DNA of 64,000 nt from an uncultured bacterium (GTDB taxonomy: Bacteria; Omnitrophota; Gorgyraeia; Duberdicusellales; CBEUCJ01), in NCBI GenBank assembly GCA_965541615.1, contig CBEUCJ010000003.1, forward strand, positions 129,941-193,940. Direction: 5' to 3'. Each line of letters starts with the position of its first letter. Within the stretch, counting starts at the first letter, position 1. A program made the translations under genes and the position numbers. Of the stretch, positions 31,983 to 39,840 are shown in pieces. Below the pieces are notes generated by a model. That model did no database searches. It saw only the letters and a program-made list of their open reading frames with translations, and was not told the DNA's origin.

Positions 31983-32822
31983 TTAAAACTTACTCCTTAT
32001 TCTTGCTTTTTGATCTAAATAATATCCTTTACCAAAAGTATCTTTAGGAATTTCCTTTATTAATCCTTTTTCTACAAGTTCTTCCAAACTTTGCGGAAAA
32101 CGCTGATAAAGTTTCTTGAATTCTTTTACTTTTTCTTCCAGAAACACAATTTTTTTGAGCCATTCTAATTTTCTCTTTATCCATTTCAGTTGCGCAGGAT
32201 CTCTAACAGATTTTAGCAAGCCTTCTAAATATACAATTCCTAGTTCTGGTTTTTGAGCTTGATAATAAAACATAACTACATTACTTTTTAGAAATTTAGG
32301 AGAATTGGGCAGAATTGAAGCTTTTTTATAATAGTAAGCTGCCTTCAAAAACTCTCCCAACTGATAATAATTAAATCCTATCCAGTAAGGAATTCTCCAT
32401 TCATAAGGATTTAACTTTAAACCTTTTTTCAAGAAATCAATGCCTCTCTTTATTCCTTCCTTATTTCTTCCCACCACTATCCCTGCAAAAAAATACCCTT
32501 GAACTAAATAGGGATCTAAAGAAACTGCTATTTCAAAATTCTTTTGTACCCACTCTATCCACTCTGAAGCTTTTTTAAAATATATCCTGTCAGAAATTGC
32601 TAAGATTCCTTTAATATAAAAAATATCTGCTATGAAACCTCTTAAACTGTTTCCACTCAATCTAAAACACTCTATAGGAAGAAGATAAAAAAGCTTCTCT
32701 CTTTTAAAAGAAAAATTTTCCTGAATAAATATAGAATATTTGACTATAGTAAGAATAAATAGTCCAAAAATTAAAGAAATTAATATTCTTTGTTTCGAAA
32801 AATAACTACATTTATACTCCAT
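31983..32822 (-). CDS. membrane-anchored TPR-like protein (pilus/ABC accessory candidate)
   Basis: One N-terminal TM helix then aromatic-rich TPR-like repeats. Sits between the ABC permease and the minor pilins. Confidence 0.4.
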   Translation of the reverse strand: MEYKCSYFSKQRILISLIFGLFILTIVKYSIFIQENFSFKREKLFYLLPIECFRLSGNSLRGFIADIFYIKGILAISDRIYFKKASEWIEWVQKNFEIAVSLDPYLVQGYFFAGIVVGRNKEGIKRGIDFLKKGLKLNPYEWRIPYWIGFNYYQLGEFLKAAYYYKKASILPNSPKFLKSNVVMFYYQAQKPELGIVYLEGLLKSVRDPAQLKWIKRKLEWLKKIVFLEEKVKEFKKLYQRFPQSLEELVEKGLIKEIPKDTFGKGYYLDQKARIRSKF

Positions 32823-33553
32823 AAAAACACAATATAAACTAAAACGTAGAGAGTTATAAAAAGAAAATAATCTAAACTTGGGAGTTTGTCTCGAACAGCT
32901 AAGTATTTGATATCCAGCTTATCCATGTTGGGAAGAAGATGGTAAATAGCTTTTATCATCGTTTTTTGAAAAGGTTTTCCATATTTATTTGCTAACTCTA
33001 AAGCTGAAGGGCAAACTTGTGAAGCAAAGAATAAAAAGAAGGACGAAAATAGAGCTATTATAGGAGAAGAAAACAAACAAGAAAACGTTAGAGATAAACA
33101 CATAACTATCAATATCTTTAAAAACATCGGGTATAGAGCAATCAAACAAGCAAAATTAAAAGCTTTGTAAGAACTAAGTATCAGGCTTAAAACCAAACCT
33201 GCTAAGAATATATAAAAAAGAGAAAGGAATCCATACCCTATCAATTTTCCAGTTAAGTAAGTCGTCTTTTTAAAGTTAGAAAGATAAAATTCTAAAATCT
33301 TTGTATTCTTTTCTTGATAGAAACTAAAGATTATACTAAAAATAACTAAAAATATTGCTGTAATTTCTATACCTACCAAACCTGTATCTTTGAGAATTTT
33401 TTCTGTTTCTCCCACTGAAAGTTTTCCTAAGAAACTACAAAATAACAAATAAAATATAAGAAAAAAAGCAACTCCTATAAAAAATTTATTTCTCAAACCC
33501 TCCTTAAAATTCAATAAAGCTATAGAAAAAACTCCTCTCATTTTAGCCTTCAA
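32780..33553 (-). CDS. ABC-2 family transporter permease
   Basis: Six predicted TM helices of ABC-2 type, paired with the upstream ATPase. Confidence 0.6.
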   Translation of the reverse strand: MKAKMRGVFSIALLNFKEGLRNKFFIGVAFFLIFYLLFCSFLGKLSVGETEKILKDTGLVGIEITAIFLVIFSIIFSFYQEKNTKILEFYLSNFKKTTYLTGKLIGYGFLSLFYIFLAGLVLSLILSSYKAFNFACLIALYPMFLKILIVMCLSLTFSCLFSSPIIALFSSFFLFFASQVCPSALELANKYGKPFQKTMIKAIYHLLPNMDKLDIKYLAVRDKLPSLDYFLFITLYVLVYIVFLWSINVVIFRNKEY

Positions 33554-34253
33554 TTTCCTTTAAAAATGCCTCTTCTAAAGAGCTCGTATTATATTTTTTT
33601 AAAATTTCTTCAATTTTCCCCACAAATTTTATTTTACCTAAATGAAGTATGGCTATTCTATGGCATATTTTTTCTATTTGAGAAAGAATATGAGAAGAGA
33701 AAAAAATAGTCTTACCTAATTTGTTCATCTCAGCTAAAATTTCTAACAATTGTTTTTGGCCCAAAGGGTCTAATCCTAAAGTAGGTTCGTCTAATATCAA
33801 TACTTGGGGGTCTTTTAAAAGTGCACAAGCTAATCCTAAACGTTGTATCATACCTTTAGAGTAATTCTTTATGTACTTTTCTCCACTCTCTCTTAATCCT
33901 ACTCTTTCCAATAAATAGTCGACTCTTTCAAAACTCACCTTTAATCCTTTTGCTATGATTTTAAGAAATTCTCTACCCTTCAAATGAGGTGGAGGTAAGA
34001 AATTTTCAGGAAGAAAGCCAAAATTTGTATGAATATGTTCGGGTTTTAAGAATTGATTTTTGAAAAGAATCTCTCCTTGATCTATCTTAAGAAACCCTAA
34101 TATACTTCGAATAAGAGTAGTCTTTCCTGCTCCATTTATTCCTAAAAGACCTAAAACTTCTCTTTCTCTTATTTCTAAATATATGTCTTCTAAAACAGAT
34201 TTACCATTAAATTTTTTTCTAAGAGCTCTTATGGAAACCAAAGAATTATTCAC
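33543..34253 (-). CDS. ABC transporter ATP-binding protein
   Basis: Walker A (GINGAGKTT), signature (YSKGM.QRL) and Walker B (LILDEPT) motifs. Apparent GTG start. Confidence 0.85.
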   Translation of the reverse strand: MNNSLVSIRALRKKFNGKSVLEDIYLEIREREVLGLLGINGAGKTTLIRSILGFLKIDQGEILFKNQFLKPEHIHTNFGFLPENFLPPPHLKGREFLKIIAKGLKVSFERVDYLLERVGLRESGEKYIKNYSKGMIQRLGLACALLKDPQVLILDEPTLGLDPLGQKQLLEILAEMNKLGKTIFFSSHILSQIEKICHRIAILHLGKIKFVGKIEEILKKYNTSSLEEAFLKEIEG

Positions 34254-34316
34254 GTGAAAAGAATTTTAATAGGAGGCTCTCTTTAAGAGAAGTTTAAAAA
34301 AATTGAAAAAAATTAA

Positions 34317-34853
34317 TTAAGAACCTTCACTGAAGGTTAAAGCTACCCAATTTCCCCAAAATTCAGCTACTCTTCCTCTATTTCCATCATCCCTTCCATC
34401 TAAAGCTATTTGTAACCTATCTCTCACAGACTGAGGGACTCCTTCCAGAATGAGATGTCTATCAGGAGAAGCTCCTCCGTTAAAATTCCAAGGATTATCT
34501 CCATATCCATTATCCACATCATACAACATCATCCTTCCTCCAAAAGGATTAGTTACCCTTCCATCGCTTCTGGTAGGAGGTCTATCTATGTAAGGTCCTT
34601 GCCAGTTTGAAACTCCTCTAGGGTTGTTTACCAACTGCCAATAAGCACCATCACGAATATTATGATAAGGCCATAAACCTACATCTGCACGATAAGCACT
34701 GCAGGCAGTCCTTACAGAATCATAATAAGAAAGAATTTGAGCAGTCCTAGCTTTATCCTGAAAACTCGCAAATTGTGGTAATAAAACTGCTACTAAAATC
34801 CCTATTATAGCTATTACTACCATCAATTCCATTAAAGTAAATCCTTTTTTCAT
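34317..34853 (-). CDS. type IV major pilin / pseudopilin (PilA/GspG-like)
   Basis: Canonical class III signal MKKG-FTLMELMVVIAIIGILVA. The gene is visibly more GC-rich than its neighbours. The protein is Arg/Asp/Gly/Trp/Pro-rich and nearly Lys-free, unlike the K-rich rest of the window. Confidence 0.8.
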   Translation of the reverse strand: MKKGFTLMELMVVIAIIGILVAVLLPQFASFQDKARTAQILSYYDSVRTACSAYRADVGLWPYHNIRDGAYWQLVNNPRGVSNWQGPYIDRPPTRSDGRVTNPFGGRMMLYDVDNGYGDNPWNFNGGASPDRHLILEGVPQSVRDRLQIALDGRDDGNRGRVAEFWGNWVALTFSEGS

Positions 34854-34869
34854 TCTTTTCTTACCTCCT

Positions 34870-35187
34870 TTATTCTATAGGAGTAATATTTTCGCTTTTA
34901 CATCTGGGACATCTTCCCTCTGTGCCCATTATTAAATAAAACTCTGCTCCGCACTTATTACATTTAAACTTCTGTACAGGGTACAAATCAGGTTTACCTG
35001 TCTTAGGGTTTATCAAAGGAAATTTAGCATTTAAAGGAACTTTCATACGAAAAATCTCTTTTGTTTCTTTAGACATAAGAGTCATCATTTCCTTCTTGGG
35101 TTGTAAAACTATAATAATTTCAATAACTACCAATATTAAAACTATGACTATTGCTATTATAAGAATCTTACTTTTCTCCATATTCAT
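34870..35187 (-). CDS. small membrane protein with C-terminal zinc-ribbon
   Basis: N-terminal TM helix and a C.KC...C.RC tetracysteine ribbon; embedded between pilB and the pilin gene. Confidence 0.4.
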   Translation of the reverse strand: MNMEKSKILIIAIVIVLILVVIEIIIVLQPKKEMMTLMSKETKEIFRMKVPLNAKFPLINPKTGKPDLYPVQKFKCNKCGAEFYLIMGTEGRCPRCKSENITPIE

Positions 35188-35243
35188 TGTTCTTACATAT
35201 TACGATTAATCTCACACTATAATTAATATCACATTTTTTTCTT

Positions 35244-36920
35244 TTAGTCAACCTGTATTTGCTGTGTTACACGCATCACTTCTTCAGGAGTAGTAATTTT
35301 GAGCAAAAGTTTTTCAATTGCAGCTTCTCTTAACGTTCTCATGCCTTGAGTTTTAGCTAACTCCCTTATTTGATCAGCAGAAGCTCTCTTTAAAATTAAT
35401 TCTCTAATTTGAGGGGTAACTTTTAATAATTCAAATATTCCTGTCCTTCCTTTATAACCTGTATTACTACATAATTTGCAACCTTTGCCTTTAACAAATT
35501 TTACATCTTGAGATACTTTATTTTCTAATCCTAATGCTTGAAGAAGACTTACTGAAGGTTTGTATTCTTCTTTACATTTTTCACAGACTTTTCTTACCAA
35601 TCTCTGTGCTAAAACTCCTAAAATAGAGGAAGAAACCAAAAATGGTTCTACACCCATCTCAATTAATCTTGTAAAAGCTGTTGGAGCATCATTTGTATGG
35701 AGAGTAGAAAAAACAAGATGTCCTGTTAAAGCTGCTTGAATTGCGATTTCAGTAGTCTCTAAATCTCTAATTTCTCCTACCATTATAATATCTGGGTCTT
35801 GTCTTAAAAAAGAACGTAAAGCTGAAGCAAAAGTTAAACCTGCTTTGGGATTCACTTGCACTTGACGCATCCTTGGAAATTGATATTCAACAGGATCTTC
35901 TACAGTCATTATATTTACTTCATCTCTGTTTAACCTTTGCAGAGCTGAGTATAAAGTTGTGGTCTTTCCACTACCTGTAGGACCTGTAACTAATATTATT
36001 CCGTATGGCTGTGAAATTAACTCTTCAAAAATTTTTAATTCTCTTTCAGGAAACCCTAAGTTCTCTAACCCTATTATCATACTCGATTTATCTAATATTC
36101 TTAACACTACATTTTCTCCATGGACTGTAGGACAGGTCGAAACTCTCAAATCTATTTCTTTATCACCAACTTTCATTAAAATGCGACCATCTTGAGGGAG
36201 TCTTTTTTCAGCTATATCTAATCCAGCCATTATCTTTACTCTTGAAATGATTGCAGGCTGAGCATTTTTGGGAAGAGAAAGTTTTCTGTGAAGAATACCA
36301 TCTATACGATATCTAATGCTAACGAATTTTTCTTCAGGTTCTATATGGATATCAGAAGCATTCTCTTGAACTGCTTGAGTTATAAGGAAATCTACAAGCT
36401 TAACTACAGGTGAATCTTTGCCTAACTTTTCTATATCAGTTAACTTTTCTTTATCTAAGGAAGCTATTATCTCTTGAATAGCAGTTGTCGTTCCATAATA
36501 TTGTTCTTGGGCTTTTCTGATAGAAATCTCATCTGCTAAAACTGGCTCAATTAAGCAACCAGTAATCTTTGCCAACTCATCTATAACAAAGACATCATTA
36601 GGGTTTGCCATTGCTACTGTTAAAGTATTTTCTATCTTAAAGACAGGTATTACTTTGTATTTTAAAGCTATATCTTTTGGAATTAAATTTATGACCTGAG
36701 GAGAAATAATGTAATTAGAAAGATCAAATGTAGATACTCCAGATATAGTAGCTTTTATTCTTGTCAACTCTTTTGAACTTATCCAGCCTTTTCTTAATAT
36801 AATTTCTTCTAACTTTTCTTTGGTTACCTTTTGTTCTTCTAATACTTCTTTTAATTGATCTTGAGTTATTATACCCTCTTCAACTAAAAAATCTCCTAAT
36901 TTTTTCTCTTCTTCATTCAT
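35244..36920 (-). CDS. pilB: type IV pilus assembly ATPase PilB (GspE family)
   Basis: GspII_E N-terminal domain, Walker A (GPTGSGKTT), Asp and His boxes, and a C-terminal tetracysteine motif (CEKC...CKLC); 558 aa. Confidence 0.9.
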   Translation of the reverse strand: MNEEEKKLGDFLVEEGIITQDQLKEVLEEQKVTKEKLEEIILRKGWISSKELTRIKATISGVSTFDLSNYIISPQVINLIPKDIALKYKVIPVFKIENTLTVAMANPNDVFVIDELAKITGCLIEPVLADEISIRKAQEQYYGTTTAIQEIIASLDKEKLTDIEKLGKDSPVVKLVDFLITQAVQENASDIHIEPEEKFVSIRYRIDGILHRKLSLPKNAQPAIISRVKIMAGLDIAEKRLPQDGRILMKVGDKEIDLRVSTCPTVHGENVVLRILDKSSMIIGLENLGFPERELKIFEELISQPYGIILVTGPTGSGKTTTLYSALQRLNRDEVNIMTVEDPVEYQFPRMRQVQVNPKAGLTFASALRSFLRQDPDIIMVGEIRDLETTEIAIQAALTGHLVFSTLHTNDAPTAFTRLIEMGVEPFLVSSSILGVLAQRLVRKVCEKCKEEYKPSVSLLQALGLENKVSQDVKFVKGKGCKLCSNTGYKGRTGIFELLKVTPQIRELILKRASADQIRELAKTQGMRTLREAAIEKLLLKITTPEEVMRVTQQIQVD

Positions 36921-38032
36921 TTTTTCTTCAATCTCTTTTCTAATTTAATCATCTCTCTTTTTATAGCTTCTTTTCTTTTTTCCCTTTCTTTAAGATACCA
37001 TTTTCCTATACCATACTTTTCTTCTGCTTCCATACTTTTCACTACTTTTGGAGTAATTATTGTAGGAGAAACAAAGATTAATAGTTCTGTTTTTTCTTTT
37101 GTGGTCTTTTGACTCTTAAAAAACCATCCTAAAAAAGGTATATCTCCTAAAAAAGGAACTTTTGTAGCACCTTTTTTGTTCTTTTCTTTAATTAAACCTC
37201 CTATAATTAAAGTTTGACCATTTTTAATAATTACTTTTGTGTGAGCAGTTCTTTTGTCTATTATAGGTACTGTGTAAGGAACTTCATATCCACTGTAAAT
37301 TACCTTTAAAGGATAGTCTCCTACTTTCTCACTCACTTCAGGTTCTAACTCTAAAGAAATCTCACCACTTTCTGTGATAGTAGGTGTAACTTTAAGAATT
37401 ATCCCTACTTCCTCAAACTTAACGGTCCAAGTAACAGAAATCCCCTCATCACTCATACTCACTTCTGGCTCTGCCCAAGGAAGCTTTTGAACTACTTTTA
37501 TCTCAGCTTCCCTATTGTTAACAGTAGTAATCCTTGGAGCTGAAAGAATATTGGTCTTTAAAGTGCTAGCTAATGCTTTGAGTACTATGTTTATATTCTC
37601 ATCAAAGACTGTAATGGTAAAAGGCTGCTCCTCATCACCTGTTAAGGGTGGCCAGTGAGTAGGTTTGTAAGGAATTTCTTGTTTTAAAGGACCTTCTGGT
37701 GTTGAACCTACTTTAAACTGCCCCATCTCAAAACCTCTTTTTCTTGCAAAAAGTTCCCAATTTATCCCTAAAGAGTGTTCTCCTTCTAATTTAACTTCAA
37801 CTACTCTGGCTTCAATCAATACTTGAGGGGGTGGAACATCTACCATCTTCAGATATTCTTCTATCTTCTTAACATTCTCTGGATAATCTATAACTAAGAT
37901 AGAATTTGGTTCAGAACCAAAAAGGATCTTTCCTTCAGGAGATAAAAGAGATTTTACATCTGAAACATCTTTAGAATACCCCAGAATCTGTATAGAGAAT
38001 AAAAAAAAGAACAAGAATATGTATTTTTCCAC
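36917..38032 (-). CDS. pilQ: short secretin PilQ/GspD family (signal peptide + N1 + secretin domain)
   Basis: N-terminal signal peptide, an N1-type domain (ILVIDYPENVKKIEEYLKMVDVPPPQVLIEARVVEV) and a C-terminal secretin signature (VPFLGDIPFLGWFF); only 371 aa. Confidence 0.8.
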   Translation of the reverse strand: MEKYIFLFFFLFSIQILGYSKDVSDVKSLLSPEGKILFGSEPNSILVIDYPENVKKIEEYLKMVDVPPPQVLIEARVVEVKLEGEHSLGINWELFARKRGFEMGQFKVGSTPEGPLKQEIPYKPTHWPPLTGDEEQPFTITVFDENINIVLKALASTLKTNILSAPRITTVNNREAEIKVVQKLPWAEPEVSMSDEGISVTWTVKFEEVGIILKVTPTITESGEISLELEPEVSEKVGDYPLKVIYSGYEVPYTVPIIDKRTAHTKVIIKNGQTLIIGGLIKEKNKKGATKVPFLGDIPFLGWFFKSQKTTKEKTELLIFVSPTIITPKVVKSMEAEEKYGIGKWYLKEREKRKEAIKREMIKLEKRLKKK

Positions 38033-38033
38033 T

Positions 38034-38579
38034 CTAATGAGTCTCCTCTGTTTGAGAAATACTTTCTTCTTGAGTAATGTTCTCAGCTTGAGGTCCTTCT
38101 ATTTCTTCTTCTTTCTCTTCTTCTCCCACTATATCTTTAGCACTTATGTATTTGAGTCTAAAAACTTTGGTAATTAAATTTGGTTTTACTATTATCACGT
38201 TTCCTTTTTTTTCTAATCTCAAATTATTCATCTCAGCTATCTTTTCTATAGCTTCTTCCAAAGATATATTGGTAAAACTTGCAGTTACTTTACCTTTAAC
38301 GTTCTTGTCTACTAATATATTAAGATTAAAATCATGAGCTATTACTCTGAAGATGTCAGCTAACTCAGCTTCTCTTAGTTCTATTGAGAAAAGATTTTTA
38401 AGACCTGGAAGTTTTTTTATCTCTAATACAGAAGAAGGAGTTTTTTTTAGTTCCTCTTCTTGTAAAATTTGTGGAGAGGGTTCTTTTTGAGGAGTTAAAT
38501 CTTCTTCTTGAGCTTTTAAAATTTCTCCTAAAATTATCATTGCACCTATTATAAAAAATAAAGAAAATTTCTTAATCAT
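38034..38579 (-). CDS. secreted secretin N0/STN-like domain protein (stand-alone)
   Basis: Signal peptide then ELADIFRVIAHDFNLNILVDKNVKGKVTASFTNISLEEAIEKIAEMNNL, matching the secretin/TonB short N-terminal (STN/N0) pattern, followed by an acidic low-complexity tail. Ends 2 nt before the pilQ start. Confidence 0.5.
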   Translation of the reverse strand: MIKKFSLFFIIGAMIILGEILKAQEEDLTPQKEPSPQILQEEELKKTPSSVLEIKKLPGLKNLFSIELREAELADIFRVIAHDFNLNILVDKNVKGKVTASFTNISLEEAIEKIAEMNNLRLEKKGNVIIVKPNLITKVFRLKYISAKDIVGEEEKEEEIEGPQAENITQEESISQTEETH

Positions 38580-38913
38580 TTCTAATACTCTTTAACTTTA
38601 CTACATATTTTCCTTCACAATCCTCTAAATAGACTTGTTCAGGGGTAATCTTTATAACCTTTTTACCATCTATGGTATCTTTCTCTTTCACGATACGACC
38701 ATCGATAACAGCATATTTATTTGAAGGAGAATAAAAGATTGCAGAAAGATTAAGATAAGATATTTCTTTTCCTTCTTTGAACAAAACTTCTTCTTTGGGT
38801 GTCAGAAAAGGATTCCTTAAATCTTCTTTTTCTTTATTTGACTCTTTGGCGCACAAAGTTTGACATAAAGCCATTACACCAAAGATTACCAGAAAAATCC
38901 CTTTTTTCATCAT
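38572..38913 (-). CDS. PilP-like pilus assembly lipoprotein candidate
   Basis: Signal peptide with a Cys-containing end, then an AVIDGRIVKEKDTIDGKKVIKITPEQVYLE beta-rich segment resembling PilP/GspC HR domains. Context-supported only. Confidence 0.4.
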   Translation of the reverse strand: MMKKGIFLVIFGVMALCQTLCAKESNKEKEDLRNPFLTPKEEVLFKEGKEISYLNLSAIFYSPSNKYAVIDGRIVKEKDTIDGKKVIKITPEQVYLEDCEGKYVVKLKSIRND

Positions 38914-38979
38914 AATTAATTATACTCATTTTTCCAAAAAGATTCAAAAAAAATTAGATTTTTAGAGGCTTAAATTAAA

Positions 38980-39840
38980 TCATTCATACAAGATATCAGA
39001 AGTATAAAATCTTTTATACTCAGGAAATAAATATGAGAATTTTATATCATACTGAGAAGAAAGTTCTGCTATTTCTTTTTGAATCTTTCTACAGAAATTT
39101 CCATAACTTTCTTGAGTCTGAAAATTCTGAATTATCTTCTCATAAAAATCAGAAAAATTAACTTTTATTACTTTCTTTACTAAATCCCAGCTCCCTAAAA
39201 TAGGATTATAGACCTCTAAAAAGAATTCATCTGTAAATTCTCTAAAAATTTTAACTATCTCTTTTATATCTATAAGCTCTCCTAAATAGGGACTGATATG
39301 GATTCTGAATTTTATATTATTCTTTTTTAGAAGTCTAAATGTATTACATAAACTTTCCAGATCATAATCTATAAAAGGCTCAAAAAGTCTTTTATGATTA
39401 AAGTCTAAAAAGTTTACTGTAAAATAAATCTTGTTTAAAGAGTTTTCTTTTATAAGGTCTATATAATTTATAAGATGAGGTGAGCGAGTCAAAATTGTAT
39501 AAGGTATTTTAAATCTATTTAAAATTTTTAATACTCTGTAAGTTAACCTGTATCTTTTTTCTTGAGGCAAAAAAACTTCTGTAGTTGAACCTAAAAGTAC
39601 TCTTTTAGGTTTAAATAAAGAAAGTTCTTTTTTAAGAACTTCGTATATATTAAATTTAACATCTAAAAAACTTCCCCATATTTTATTTCTAGTTCTGAAA
39701 ACTTTATTATATTTTGAATAACAGTAAAGGCACCCATAACTACAACCTCTATAAGGATTAATAACGAAAGGTGCTATGCTTATTTGAGTTGGTGAAAGAA
39801 CTTTTTCTACTTTAATTAAATTTATTTTTAATCTGTGCAT
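38980..39840 (-). CDS. radical SAM protein, SplB/COG1533-like
   Basis: INPYRGCSYGCLYCY has a Cx3Cx2C motif in the arrangement typical of the spore-photoproduct-lyase-like family; 286 aa. Confidence 0.6.
   Translation of the reverse strand: MHRLKINLIKVEKVLSPTQISIAPFVINPYRGCSYGCLYCYSKYNKVFRTRNKIWGSFLDVKFNIYEVLKKELSLFKPKRVLLGSTTEVFLPQEKRYRLTYRVLKILNRFKIPYTILTRSPHLINYIDLIKENSLNKIYFTVNFLDFNHKRLFEPFIDYDLESLCNTFRLLKKNNIKFRIHISPYLGELIDIKEIVKIFREFTDEFFLEVYNPILGSWDLVKKVIKVNFSDFYEKIIQNFQTQESYGNFCRKIQKEIAELSSQYDIKFSYLFPEYKRFYTSDILYE

Noticed and set aside
34254-34316. Short inverted repeat (tctctt-aa-agaga) after the pilin gene as a transcription terminator
   Set aside because: The stem is only ~6 bp with essentially no loop, and there is no following U-tract on the minus strand. 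Too weak to call.
36917-38579. Split secretin interpreted as a frameshifted pseudogene
   Set aside because: Both ORFs begin with their own plausible signal peptides and complete domains (N0/STN versus N1+secretin). A simple frameshift of a single ancestral gene would not create a new signal peptide at the junction. Kept as a finding instead, with re-sequencing as a caveat.
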